DNA of 64,000 nucleotides from an uncultured Planctomycetota bacterium (GTDB lineage Bacteria; Planctomycetota; Planctomycetia; Gemmatales; Gemmataceae): NCBI GenBank assembly GCA_963849325.1, contig CAWKHF010000012.1, positions 576,001 to 640,000 of the forward strand, read 5' to 3'. Shown piece by piece: positions 54,031 to 64,000 of this stretch (position 1 is its first letter; each line of letters starts with the position of its first letter). The notes under the pieces were generated by a model. It saw only the letters and a program-made list of their open reading frames with translations, ran no database searches and was not told where the DNA came from. The position numbers and the translations under genes were made by a program.

Positions 54031-55338
54031 ATGAACGACCGATCCGGACTGTGGCTCCTGCTGATCGCTTCCTTCGCGTTCGGTCCACGGATGGCCGCGG
54101 CCCAGTATTTTCCCTCTCGGGAATCGCACCGCCCTCTGCCGAATGATCCGGACATGAAGGCTGGCCAGGAGATGATGGCCGATCGCCTCAAGGAGCTGCA
54201 CGAATTGCGCCAGCTGCAAGACCAGGTGCAAGGTCTGCTCCAGGATAAGGATTTCCTCAACAACATCAAACAACATCTCCCGGAAGAAGATTTGCGACGG
54301 TTGCAGGAGAAAGTTCTTCGCGGCGACGGTCTGTCCGGCGATGACAGGTGGAACAAGCTGCTTCAGCAGGCGGTATCTCAACACAAGCTGGACAATCGGC
54401 AGATCGACGTCCTCCGCCGCTGGGCCGAACGGGCCGACAAGACGCGGACAAACGTCTCCAATGAGGCGGCCCTCCTGAATGACCGTGCCCCGACCGTGAC
54501 CCCTTCCTCATCGTCATCTTCCGGTCCCTCCGGCTCAACGGTGCCTCCGTCGCCGACGGGACCATCGGGGTCGTCGTTCTGGGACCGGGTGCAAGAACAA
54601 ACATCGACGTGGATCGGCGCGGACATGGATGGCCTGGCCGGCGACGTGGCCGACGCCCTGATCGAACTGGGAGCCACCGAGGAGGGATCGCCGCTGGCGG
54701 AACTGCTGCGCAACGGGAAGTATGCCGGCTTCTCGGAGGACGAACTCGCCGAGGAAGCCGCCGGCCTGTCGCGCTACCTTCCGGACGCGGCCGAGTTTCT
54801 GAGCGAACAGCGCGGCGTCTGGGACGAGGTCGGTTCGATCTTTCGCGCGGCCCTTCCGTCGTCCGCCCCTGGTCTGGACCGCGCTCCTTCGATGCCTTCT
54901 CCGCCGGCGGAGAAGGGCGGAAACTGGGGCGGCGGCACCATCGCGCTGCTGGGGCTGGCGGTGCTGATGCTGATGCTGTGGACGATGGGCGGATGGTCGA
55001 GGTGGAGAACGGCCCGCGGCGAACCCGGCGAATGGCGGCTGGGGCCGTGGCCGGTGTCTCCCGCCGCCGTCTCGACGCGGCAGGACGTGGTACGCGCCTT
55101 CGAGTATCTCGCTCTGCTTCGCCTTGGGCTGAACGCCGGCACGCGCCATCATTGGGAACTGGCCGAGCGTCTCGGCGAAGGCGGTGGCAGCGATCCCGTT
55201 CGCCGTCGCGCCGCCGAGCAGCTGGCCGGCTTTTACGAGCAAGCTCGTTATGCCCCCGAGGGCGAGCCGTTGTCGCCACAGAAGTTGGCCGAGGCTCGAC
55301 AAGCTCTTTGTTTGCTCGCGGGAGTGACAGCCGCATGA
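54031..55338 (+). CDS. Membrane protein with C-terminal DUF4129-like domain
   Basis: Signal peptide, [10 protein letters not shown]...[12 protein letters not shown]; first gene of MoxR cluster. Confidence 0.75.
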   Translation: MNDRSGLWLLLIASFAFGPRMAAAQYFPSRESHRPLPNDPDMKAGQEMMADRLKELHELRQLQDQVQGLLQDKDFLNNIKQHLPEEDLRRLQEKVLRGDGLSGDDRWNKLLQQAVSQHKLDNRQIDVLRRWAERADKTRTNVSNEAALLNDRAPTVTPSSSSSSGPSGSTVPPSPTGPSGSSFWDRVQEQTSTWIGADMDGLAGDVADALIELGATEEGSPLAELLRNGKYAGFSEDELAEEAAGLSRYLPDAAEFLSEQRGVWDEVGSIFRAALPSSAPGLDRAPSMPSPPAEKGGNWGGGTIALLGLAVLMLMLWTMGGWSRWRTARGEPGEWRLGPWPVSPAAVSTRQDVVRAFEYLALLRLGLNAGTRHHWELAERLGEGGGSDPVRRRAAEQLAGFYEQARYAPEGEPLSPQKLAEARQALCLLAGVTAA

Positions 55339-56921
55339 CACTCCGCCGCGCTGCCCGGTGTGCCGTTCTCGCCGGACTGTTGACGTTGGCCCTCGTCCCG
55401 CCTTGCGCCGCCCAACGGCCGCAGGCGCCGGGCGGGTTGAAGCAACTCCCGCTCCGTCTCGAAGCCATCCCTTATGGTCAGCGGACGGATGCTTTTCGAC
55501 GCCTTCTCTTCGAGTTCCGCTTCCAGCCGGTCACCACTTTCGCCGAGATGCAAGAGAAGCCCGACGAATCCATCCTCATCGTGTTCGGCGATCCGAATTG
55601 TTTGACCAAGCAAAGGTTTCGAGACTATTTCCCTGACGGACCCCGCTCTTTTATCCAGGCCGGTGGCGCTGTGCTGATCGCCACCGATAAGGAAGTGGAG
55701 GGCGAGGCACGCGAGAATTTGTGGGACATAGCCCGAGTATCCGTGACCGGCGAAACCTTTAAGTGCTCGGAGGGTACGGAAGTTTATCGGAGGCTGGACT
55801 ACTGCCCCTTCGTGGAGCCGATCGCGGATTCCGGGCTTATGGATCGTTTGGCGAAGGTCATGGGCATGGGCGATAAGCCGGCTCTGTTCCGCAATCCCCA
55901 TCCCAATCAACCCGACCTGCGCGTCGCCACCAACGCACCCTCCAGTCTACGGGAGTCCCCGGGCTGGTGGGGCTTGCCGAGCGGCATCCATCGGCTGGCC
56001 CGACTTCCGGCCGCCTGTCTTAGCGACCGCGGCACACCGCAACGCGAAGGTCCGCTCTTCGCCGTCGGCGGATCGCTGGGTCAGGGCCGCGTTCTGGTGT
56101 TGGCGGACCACAGCATCTTCATCAACCGCATGATCTTGCCGCGCGACACCGGCAATCTGGAATTCGCCGCGAACTGCCTGCACTGGCTGCGCGGCGGCGC
56201 CTCCACTCCGGTCGAGATGCTCCACGCGGTCAAAAGCCCGCAAGCACTCCCGCGGCTGACCGGCCAGCGCAACAAGGTCCTGTTCGTGGAGGACGGCCAA
56301 GTCCACGACAGTTTCGCGGTGCCCATGAAGACGGTGCCGATCAAGCCGCCGCCGGCTTCGGAGCCGGCCATCGTCGCCGCCGTCGATCGAACCTTGGCCA
56401 ACATGGAAGATCGCCATTTCTTCGACGAGGGTCTGCTGAACAAGCTCGGCGACCACGGTTGGACGACGCGGAACCTAGGACGGAGCGCCGTGTGGCTGTT
56501 CTCGCTGACGCTGCTGCTCTTTCTGGGCTATCGCTACGTCTGGCGCGGCCGGCATCAGCTCGACACGGCAGTGCCGCTGCTGGAGCAAGCGGTGGCCGAG
56601 CACGAGCCGACCGCATCGCTCCTCGCTCAGCGCCGTCGGGCCTTGTTGCGGGCGGGCAACGTCTGGGAGACGGCGCATCAGTTGGCCCGGCAATGCTTCG
56701 AGTCGGCAGGCGTTGCCCTGACCGGACCCTCTCGGCCGCGCCTCGCGGTCCAGGGCAACTGGTGGCAGCGCTGGCGCGTCCGCCGGCGCGTTGCGCGCCT
56801 GTGGCAGCTGGCTCACGGCGAAACGCCGGTTCGCATTTCCCCCGCCGCCTTGAAACGATGGGTCCGCGAGCTGGACGAACTGAAGACCGCCCTGGCGAAG
56901 GGAACGATCCGATTGACCTGA
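55335..56921 (+). CDS. DUF4350-like (GATase1-like) membrane protein
   Basis: FIQAGGAVLIATD, GQGRVLVLADHSIFINRM, GNLEFA; ATGA overlap with previous gene. Confidence 0.75.
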   Translation: MTLRRAARCAVLAGLLTLALVPPCAAQRPQAPGGLKQLPLRLEAIPYGQRTDAFRRLLFEFRFQPVTTFAEMQEKPDESILIVFGDPNCLTKQRFRDYFPDGPRSFIQAGGAVLIATDKEVEGEARENLWDIARVSVTGETFKCSEGTEVYRRLDYCPFVEPIADSGLMDRLAKVMGMGDKPALFRNPHPNQPDLRVATNAPSSLRESPGWWGLPSGIHRLARLPAACLSDRGTPQREGPLFAVGGSLGQGRVLVLADHSIFINRMILPRDTGNLEFAANCLHWLRGGASTPVEMLHAVKSPQALPRLTGQRNKVLFVEDGQVHDSFAVPMKTVPIKPPPASEPAIVAAVDRTLANMEDRHFFDEGLLNKLGDHGWTTRNLGRSAVWLFSLTLLLFLGYRYVWRGRHQLDTAVPLLEQAVAEHEPTASLLAQRRRALLRAGNVWETAHQLARQCFESAGVALTGPSRPRLAVQGNWWQRWRVRRRVARLWQLAHGETPVRISPAALKRWVRELDELKTALAKGTIRLT

Positions 56922-56925
56922 ATGA

Positions 56926-57107
56926 GCTGCTTGCGGCTTAGAGTCTGTCCGTTAAGCCCCTCTCCCCCGTACTCGGGGGAGAGGGGTTGGGGGTGAGGGG
57001 GCGGCAAACCCTGGGAAACCGCACCCCCTCACCCCAACCCCTCTCCCCCGGAGTACCGGGGGAGAGGGGCTTACCGGACAGACACTTAGCGCTAAGCCGC
57101 AAGCGGC
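56926..57107. repeat. About 180-bp nested palindromic element
   Basis: Outer gcttgcggcttag/ctaagccgcaagc, middle gtctgtccg/cggacagac, inner two cccctctccccc..gggggagagggg hairpins. Confidence 0.9.
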
Positions 57108-57193
57108 GGAGTGGGCCCGTTTGCTGAGGTTTGCTGCATGGCCGGCGATCACGGATTGAACAGCGCGACGGATACCGAGGCGCTACGGCGCTC

Positions 57194-58160
57194 GTGCCGA
57201 AGATGCGCGAGCTGCGCGATCGCGTCGTCGCCGAGGTCGGCAAGGTCGTCGTCGGCATGACCGAGGTCACGCACCAATTTCTCATCGCGCTGTTGGCCGG
57301 CGGACACGTCCTGCTTGAAGGCGTGCCCGGCGTCGCCAAGACGACGCTGTCGAAAACCTTCGCGCGCGTCCTCGGCACGCAGTACCAGCGCTTGCAGTTC
57401 ACGCCCGATCTGCTGCCCTCCGACGTGACCGGCACCTACGTCTTCGACCGCAAACAGAACGAATTCGTCCTGCGCAAGGGTCCGATCTTCTGCCAGGTGC
57501 TGTTGGCCGACGAGGTCAACCGCGCCCCGGCCAAGACGCAATCCGCCTTGCTGGAGGCGATGCAGGAGAACCAGGTCACCATCGAGGGCACCACCCTACC
57601 GCTGCCGCAACCGTTCATGGTGCTGGCCACGCAGAACCCCATTGAGCAGGAAGGCGTTTACCGTCTGCCCGAGGCCCAGCTCGACCGCTTTCTGCTGCGC
57701 GTGGACATGGGCTATCCCCAGCGCTTCGATGAGGTGGCCATGCTGCGTCTGCACAGCCATCCGGTGGCGCCGACGGACCAGTTGTTCACGGCCGAGCAGA
57801 TCCTCGACATTCAGTGGCAGGTAGCGGCGGTGCATGGCGACGAGACTCTGTTGGAATACATCGTCGATCTGGCCGACGCCAGCCGCAATCATCCCGACCT
57901 GGCCCTCGGCGCCAGCCCGCGCGCGCCCTGTGTCTGCTGCGCTGCGCCGCGCCTGCGCCGTGCTCGATGGCCGGCATTATTTCACGCACGAGGACGTACA
58001 GGCCATCGCTGTGGGCGTGCTCGGCCATCGCCTGATCGTGCGGCCCGAGGCCGAGGTTGAAGGCAAGCGCGCCCTCGACGTAGTGCGCGAGCTGCTGGAG
58101 ACGGTGCCGGTGCTGGAATCCGCGCCGCGGAAAACTCGGAAAGGCGAACGGCCGGCGTAA
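57194..58160 (+). CDS. moxR: MoxR family AAA+ ATPase; start uncertain, frameshift near 57930-57950
   Basis: HVLLEGVPGVAKT, LQFTPDLLPSD, LADEVNRAP, ATQNPIEQEG.Y.LPEAQLDRF, GASPR. Confidence 0.95.
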
Positions 58161-58242
58161 GCCGGCTGGTTCCCCCACCAGCCGGCTTCTACTGAACCAG
58201 CCGGCTTCTACTGAACCAGCCGGCTTACGCCGGCCGTTCGCC
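58143..58242. repeat. Repeat family D palindrome with internal 19-nt tandem duplication
   Basis: ggcgaacggccggcgtaagccggctgg / ccagccggcttacgccggccgttcgcc; ccagccggcttctactgaa x2. Confidence 0.88.
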
Positions 58243-58309
58243 ATTCGAATGAAGGCCGCCTACACTATCTCCGCGTCCGACACGAACTCGACCATCGAGG
58301 GTTGCTGCC

Positions 58310-59697
58310 ATGAGAGATCCTTCTCGACGAGGATGGCTCTGCCTGGCCGTTGTGACGGCCCTGGCCGGAGCGTCCGTCTGCCGCGGCGAGGAGACGAAAA
58401 AACCGAATGTCGTTATCCTTCTCGCCGACGACATGGGTTACGCCGACGTCGGTTTTCACGGCTGTAAGGACATTCCGACGCCGAACATCGACTCGATCGC
58501 TCGCAACGGCGTCCGCTGCACCAACGGCTACGTCTCCGGCCCGTATTGCAGTCCGACGCGCGCCGGCTTGCTCACGGGCCGTTACCAGCAGCGTTTCGGC
58601 CACGAATTCAACCCCGGCGGACAGGGCGAAGAAAAAGGATTGCCGTTGACCGAGACGACAATCGCCGATCGGTTGCACTCGGCCGGCTATGCCACCGGAT
58701 TGGTCGGCAAGTGGCACCTCGGGAATGCTCCGCGCTTCCATCCGCAGAAGCGCGGCTTCGACGAGTTCTTCGGTTTCCTTGGCGGCGCCCATCCCTACCT
58801 GCCGGGCATGGGTGCTCCGATCTACCGCGGCACGGAGGTCGCCAAGGAAAAGGAATACCTCACCGACGCCTTCGGCCGCGAGGCCGTCGCCTTCATTGAT
58901 CGGCACAAGGACCAACCGTTCTTCCTCTACCTGGCCTTCAACGCCGTCCATACGCCGCTGCAAGCCACCGACGATCGCTTGCAGAAATTTTCCTCGATCG
59001 AAGATCCGAAAAGGCATAAGTATGCGGCCATGACCTTGGCGATGGACGAGGCGATCGGCAAGGTGCTTGCCAAGCTGCGCGGAAAAGCTGGAAGAGCGAC
59101 ACGCTGATCTTCTTCTTCAGCGACAACGGCGGGCCGGTCATGCGTGGCACGACGATCAACGGTTCGCGCAACGACCCGCTGCGCGGCTCGAAACGCACGA
59201 CGCTGGAGGGCGGCATTCGCGTGCCGTTCGCCGTCCAGTGGAAGGGGCACGTGCCGGCCGGCAAGGTCTATGAGAAGCCGGTCATCCAACTCGACATTCT
59301 GCCGACCGCGTTGGCCGCCGCCGGCGTGGACGTTCAAGCGGAATGGAAGCTCGACGGCGTGGACTTGCTGCCATATCTGAACGGCCGCAAGACCGGGACG
59401 CCGCACGAGACCCTGTATTGGCGGCTGGGACAGCAGATGGCCATTCGCCGCGGCGAGTGGAAACTGGTTCGCTACGACTCAGTCGCCGACGGCGCGGAGG
59501 GCGGCAAGGGCGCCGCCGTGACTTCCGCCAAGCTCTATCACCTCGGCGAGGACATCGGCGAGAAAAACGACCTGGCCGCCAAGCAACCCGAGCGCGTCCG
59601 CGAATTGCAAACGGCCTGGGACAAGTGGAGCGCCGAACTCGCCAAACCGCTGTGGGGTTCGCCGCGCCGAGCCGCGGCTCGGACGAATGGTCGCTAA
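58310..59697 (+). CDS. Sulfatase (arylsulfatase-like), secreted; frameshift near 59090
   Basis: KPNVVILLADDMG, CSPTRAGLLTGR (CxPxR), GKWHLG, FSDNG, EGGIRVP. Confidence 0.95.
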
Positions 59698-59708
59698 CGA
59701 GTTCTTCT

Positions 59709-59762
59709 CCGAGCCTGAAGCGTAAGCGAAGAGAATCGACTCTTCGCTTACGCTTCAGGCTC
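59709..59762. repeat. Palindromic repeat family C
   Basis: gagcctgaagcgtaagcgaaga / tcttcgcttacgcttcaggctc; copy at 62909. Confidence 0.92.
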
Positions 59763-59796
59763 CGAAAAAACGCGCTCTCCGGTATGAAGTAACGCC

Positions 59797-61887
59797 ATGT
59801 TGACCGCGCGTGCCTGGTGGTTCCTGCTCAGCGTACTGCTGGTCCTGACCGTGGGACTGCTGACGCCGTCACTGCCGCTCCTCCTGGTCGGCCTGACGCT
59901 GCTAGTGTGGTTCGCCTCGCAGTGGCTTCTGTTCCTGCTGCGATTGCCGGGTGTGCGCGAGCTGGACGTTGAGCGCGAGGTCTGGGACGACAAGGCGCCC
60001 GTCGCCACGCTCTGGGCCGGCCAGTGCTTCGAGGTGCGTCTGCGCCTGGTCGCCCCCAACTGGCTGGCGTCGCCTCACGTCGCCGCCGCCGATCATGTGC
60101 CCTATACTGTCGAACTCGTGGACGGACTCCGCACCGCCCAAGGCTCGGTCGGTCCCGGCCGACCCCTGGAGCTGTCCTATCGCATCGGCTGCGGTTCGGC
60201 CGGCCTGGTCCGCTTCGAGGGAATGCGCGTCCAGGCCGCCGACTGGCAGGGCTTCTTCTATCACGTCCATTTCGTCCACGCCGTCATGGTCCTGCGCGTC
60301 CTGCCGACGTTGGGACAGCGGGCCGGACAGCCGGCCTCGAAGAAGCGGCACAACCTGCTCATGCCGCCGGGCATCCACCGCTTGCACCGTCCGGGTTCGG
60401 GCAGCGAATTACTCGACCTCCGTGACTACCTGCCGGGCGATCCGCCCAAGACGATCGCCTGGAAGGTGTCGGCGCGGCGTGATCGTCTCATCACCAAGGA
60501 GTTCGAGAGTGAAGTGCCCGTCCGCTGTACGCTGTTCGTGGATACCTCGAACTCGGTGCGCATCGCCGGGCTGTCCGGCGTCGGGCCGCGCCAGGTGAGT
60601 TACGGCAAGTCTCTCGATCGCCTCGTCGAACTGGCCGCGGGCATTTTGCAAGCCGGCGTCCGCATCCGCGACCTGACCGGCCTGTGTCTGTTCGACGAGC
60701 AGGGCGCCGCGAGCGTCCGGCCGGATCGCGGCGGTGCCCACCTGACGGATTGCCTGCGTCGGTTGGCCGACGCCGCCGCCTTGCAGCCCCGGCTCGAGCG
60801 CGTCAATCCTGATCACCTGCTCCCTCTGGCCTACAGTTTCGCTGTTGAAGTTTACCCGGAGCTGTTGCGGCCCGCGGTCAACTCCACGCCCCTGTTGATG
60901 ACCTGGCTGGAAGGGTTCGCCGGCTACACGCGCCGGCTCCCCTTTGGCCTGTGGGAGCTGCGGCGGCGCTGGAGGACCGCGCTGGGTAGGCTCGATCTCT
61001 TCGAGCTGCTGCATCGTCGCAAGAGCGAACTGCGCAGTCTCTGCTGGTGGTCGTCGTTCTGGGCCTTGGTCCTGCCGTTGTCTCTCTTCGCTGCCAAAGT
61101 GTTCCTGAAAGTTCGCATCCCGGAAAAGCTGCTGGTGTTTGTGCTCTTCTTCTCTCCCCTGGCGTCCCTTCTAATGTGGGGATCGACCTTCCTTCTCTTC
61201 GGGCTGGATGCGTTAACGGGCCGGGCCAAGCGGCGGCGCGATCGCTGGCGCAAGCAGTTGGCCGCCATCCTGTCGGCGCGTTACGGCCTGGGGGCGGGCG
61301 GTTTGTCGGCCCTTCTGGAAGACGACGACGCTTTTTCGCTGCGGACCCAGCAATTCCTTGGCGAGCACCAGGTTCCGTACTCACTGCCCTTGTACGGCCG
61401 CGATGGCCGGTATCTATTCGCGTCCCCCGAGAAGGTATCGGTGCTGGCTGACGCCCTGCTGCGCGCCGTGGGCAAGGGACGCGATAACGAGCTGTTCGTC
61501 CTCCTGGCGGACCTGCTGGAGCTGGATGACGGACTCGATCCGCTCTTGCGGGCGGTGCGCGTGGCTCTGGGCCGGCATCACCAGGTCGTACTCATCTGTC
61601 CCTGGCCGCCGGGCCTGGCCCTGCCTCACGACAACCCGGCCGGACAGGCCGCCGCCGCGCTGGCGGTCCACGGCCGGCCGCGCGGCCGACGTTCGGCGTC
61701 GGCCAGCCCGCACGCGGTCTTGTGGGACCAGGTAACGACGCGGCGTTTCCACGCCGCCTATCAGCGGCTCCGCCGAACCTTCACGCGCCTGGGCGTGGCC
61801 GTCGTCTGCGCCGCCAGTGATGAGCCGGCCCCGCTGATTCTCCGTCGCCTGGAACGCTTGCGCACCTTGGGGAGACCCCACGCATGA
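59797..61887 (+). CDS. DUF58 domain protein with vWA-like motif and inserted TM segment
   Basis: GSGSELLDLRDYLPGDP..IAWKVSARR..LITKEFE; VDTSNS (DxSxS). Confidence 0.92.
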   Translation: MLTARAWWFLLSVLLVLTVGLLTPSLPLLLVGLTLLVWFASQWLLFLLRLPGVRELDVEREVWDDKAPVATLWAGQCFEVRLRLVAPNWLASPHVAAADHVPYTVELVDGLRTAQGSVGPGRPLELSYRIGCGSAGLVRFEGMRVQAADWQGFFYHVHFVHAVMVLRVLPTLGQRAGQPASKKRHNLLMPPGIHRLHRPGSGSELLDLRDYLPGDPPKTIAWKVSARRDRLITKEFESEVPVRCTLFVDTSNSVRIAGLSGVGPRQVSYGKSLDRLVELAAGILQAGVRIRDLTGLCLFDEQGAASVRPDRGGAHLTDCLRRLADAAALQPRLERVNPDHLLPLAYSFAVEVYPELLRPAVNSTPLLMTWLEGFAGYTRRLPFGLWELRRRWRTALGRLDLFELLHRRKSELRSLCWWSSFWALVLPLSLFAAKVFLKVRIPEKLLVFVLFFSPLASLLMWGSTFLLFGLDALTGRAKRRRDRWRKQLAAILSARYGLGAGGLSALLEDDDAFSLRTQQFLGEHQVPYSLPLYGRDGRYLFASPEKVSVLADALLRAVGKGRDNELFVLLADLLELDDGLDPLLRAVRVALGRHHQVVLICPWPPGLALPHDNPAGQAAAALAVHGRPRGRRSASASPHAVLWDQVTTRRFHAAYQRLRRTFTRLGVAVVCAASDEPAPLILRRLERLRTLGRPHA

Positions 61888-62670
61888 ACCCGGCTCACGC
61901 CGCGCCTCGGCCGCCCTCGCGCCAGGAGCTGCGCACCCATCCGGCGGTGCGCAACTACACGCTGTTCAGTCTCGCCTCGATGTTCCTCCTGGTCGTGTGC
62001 CTGGCGGATCGCGGTCTGGGGTGGTGGTGCCTGATGCCGGCGGTGGTCGGCGGCTTGTCCCTGCTGGCGCACTGGAGTATTGGACCGCCGCTGGTGATCG
62101 TGTCCCTGACTGGCTTGCTCCTGTCGAGCAGCCGTTACCGTCCGGTCTATCCGTACTGGGGACGCGACCCGGTGCCAACGGCGATGGATTTGCTGCTGTG
62201 CGCCGCCGTGCTGGGTTATGTCGTGGGGCACTATCGTCTGCTGTCGCTGGTGCGTCACGTCTTCCCGGCCGACCCGCGGCGCCCTCTTCGCGGTCCCCTG
62301 GCGAACACGGCCCGGCGTCGCTCCGCCGACCTGGTGAGCGCCGGCGAGATGACTCGGCTGGTGTTGACGCTGCCGTTGTGGACGGGAACCTCCATCCTCG
62401 CCTGGGGATGGCTGATAGAGGAAGCTCCGGCCCTGGACATGCCGGTTCGCGTTTGGCGAACGCTGCGGATGGTCTGGGCCATCCTCGCCGTTCTGGCCCT
62501 GACCGCGATCGTGGCCGGCTACCTGCGGCAAACGACGGCGACGCCGGAGGAAAGTTTGCTGTACTTGCAGGACCAGGTTCTGGCGGCCGACGCGAGGAGA
62601 GCAAGGCCGTCTCCATCGCTGGCTGACGTGGGCGCGGCTACGCGGCCGGCGCGGAAGGGAGACGTTATGA
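61884..62670 (+). CDS. Hypothetical multi-TM membrane protein; frameshift near 62580
   Basis: Several hydrophobic segments; corrected frame ends ...WARLRGRRGRETL* overlapping the next ATG. Confidence 0.75.
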
Positions 62671-62903
62671 GGTTCTGGTGGCGCGAGCTGGGCGGCTGGC
62701 TGCTGATCGGTCTGGGGCTGTTGTGCTTCGGCGTCGTCTGGCAGTTCTGCAAGAGGCGCTGGCTGCTGGAAGCGATGCCGATGACGGTCATCGGCATGAT
62801 GATCTTCTGGGGCGGCATTCATCTGCTCAAGGTCGCGGTCGCGGTGCGCATCTGTCAGCAGGCCCAGGATCGGCTCTACCCCGCCTCGAAGAAAAAAGAA
62901 TAA
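62667..62903 (+). CDS. Small 2-TM membrane protein
   Basis: RBS ggag, ATGA overlap; MRFWWRELGGWLLIGLG...IFWGGIHLLKVAVA. Confidence 0.75.
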   Translation: MRFWWRELGGWLLIGLGLLCFGVVWQFCKRRWLLEAMPMTVIGMMIFWGGIHLLKVAVAVRICQQAQDRLYPASKKKE

Positions 62904-62908
62904 CAGAA

Positions 62909-62962
62909 TCCGAGCCTGAAGCGTAAGCGAAGAGATTTCTTCGCTTACGCTTCAGGCTCGGA
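62909..62962. repeat. Palindromic repeat family C between convergent genes
   Basis: tccgagcctgaagcgtaagcgaaga / tcttcgcttacgcttcaggctcgga. Confidence 0.92.
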
Positions 62963-62965
62963 CCC

Positions 62966-63355
62966 TCACCAGCCGCGGATCATCAGCGCCAGGCCGATCC
63001 ATTGCGTCAACGCGATCAGCGCGCCGAAGAGGACTGCCGCCTTGGCCCGGTTGCGCGAGGCGATGTCGCTGGCGAGGTTGTGCGCGGCCCGACAACCCAG
63101 GACGACCGCCACCGGCCCGAGAAGTAAACCGACCCCCGGTATCAGAGACCACAGCGAGAGCCGATAGGCCCGCCACGCCGCCGGGTCCGTATCATTGCCC
63201 GCCGTCTCCCCTTCGTCCGGATTGCCGCGCCGCCGCGTGCCGGAGCGCCGCTCCGAGGAACGGGGCGGAGCGGGGTCGGCGCGCAGCGGACTTCCGCAGG
63301 CGGAACAGGTGACGGCTTCGACGCGGTTTTCGGTGTGGCAGGCCGGACAATCCAT
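62966..63355 (-). CDS. Zinc-ribbon plus 2-TM membrane protein
   Basis: MDCPAC...CSACG; LIPGVGLLLGPVAVVLG TM. Confidence 0.8.
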   Translation of the reverse strand: MDCPACHTENRVEAVTCSACGSPLRADPAPPRSSERRSGTRRRGNPDEGETAGNDTDPAAWRAYRLSLWSLIPGVGLLLGPVAVVLGCRAAHNLASDIASRNRAKAAVLFGALIALTQWIGLALMIRGW

Positions 63356-63356
63356 A

Positions 63357-63384
63357 AAGTCCGAAGTACAAAGTACGAAGTACG
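63357..63384. repeat. 7-nt tandem repeat (AAGTACG x4, imperfect)
   Basis: aagtccg aagtaca aagtacg aagtacg. Confidence 0.7.
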
Positions 63385-63497
63385 AAAAACGGCCCAACGA
63401 TCCGGCCGAGTCTCTGGACGTGAGGCTGTTATAGTCCGTTCGTTCGTCGTCGTCTTCTTTTCGATCTTTGTCGTTCGTAGCGAGTCGGATGGTTGTC

Positions 63498-64000
63498 ATG
63501 CGCTATCGTCCCAGTTTCGAGGAATTCGTCGAACTGACGCGCTCGTCGGCCGGGCCGGTCGGTCTGGTGCCGGTGTATCGCCAGCTCATCGGCGACACGC
63601 TGACGCCGGTCAGCGCCTTCTGCAAGGTCCAGGAGGGCGACTGGTCGTTCCTTTTCGAGAGCGTCATCGGCGGCGAACGTCTCGGGCGCTACAGCTTCGT
63701 CGGCTCCGGTCCATTCCAGCGCTTCGAGGCGTTCGGCCGAAGGGTGCGGATTCACGCGCCGCCGCCCGGATCGCCAGCCGGTGCCGTCGCATTGACCGAG
63801 TTGGAACATCCGGACCCACTGCGTCTGCTGGAAGAACGGCTGTTGGCTTATCGGGCGCCGTACCTGCCGGGCCTACCGCGCTTCTGCGGCGGCGCCGTCG
63901 GTTACGCGGGCTACGACGCGGTTCGCTACGTCGAGCGCCTACCCCAGTCGCCGCCGGACGACCGCGGCTTGCCCGATCTCTGCTTCGCCTTCTACGACCG
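63498..64000 (+). CDS. trpE: Anthranilate synthase component I (N-terminal part, runs off window edge)
   Basis: LVPVYRQLIGDTLTPVSAF, FLFESVIGGERLGRYSF, LPRFCGGAVGYAGYDAVRYVE. Confidence 0.93.
   Translation, partial: MRYRPSFEEFVELTRSSAGPVGLVPVYRQLIGDTLTPVSAFCKVQEGDWSFLFESVIGGERLGRYSFVGSGPFQRFEAFGRRVRIHAPPPGSPAGAVALTELEHPDPLRLLEERLLAYRAPYLPGLPRFCGGAVGYAGYDAVRYVERLPQSPPDDRGLPDLCFAFYD

Noticed and set aside
58178-58226. Repeat-spacer-like pattern as a mini CRISPR
   Set aside because: Spacers are identical 8-mers; it is a tandem duplication within a palindrome.
61884-62903. 339-aa single membrane protein
   Set aside because: An indel near 62580 fuses two genes; the corrected frame gives an ATGA overlap at 62667-62670.

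Overview
High-GC bacterial window that looks like a planctomycete (probably Gemmataceae-like). The basis is the PSD1/cytochrome-c plus DUF1501 genes, two DUF1559 proteins, DUF1571, a planctomycete-type ECF sigma factor and many palindromic repeat families. About 52 protein genes are visible: housekeeping (gap, pgk, mdh, efp, lnt, moeA, trpE, prpB/prpC), secreted enzymes, a BlaI/BlaR1 pair and a MoxR/DUF58 operon. No rRNA, tRNA, CRISPR array or transposase was recognised. Many genes, including essential ones, carry single-base frameshifts that are most likely long-read indel errors, so CDS coordinates are reconstructed across frameshifts and some starts are approximate. Best candidates for unexplored biology: (1) an operon with a P1B-type heavy-metal ATPase apparently fused to an HflK/SPFH domain, followed by hflC and a second hflK; (2) a stand-alone RHS-type toxin tip plus a putative immunity gene; (3) a Fur-box-like operator shared by hemP and a pilin-like DUF1559 gene; (4) an ACP-KASIII fusion next to dual-OB and DUF488 genes; (5) palindromic repeats inserted in frame into several proteins. 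All family assignments are from motif recognition by eye; no database search was run.
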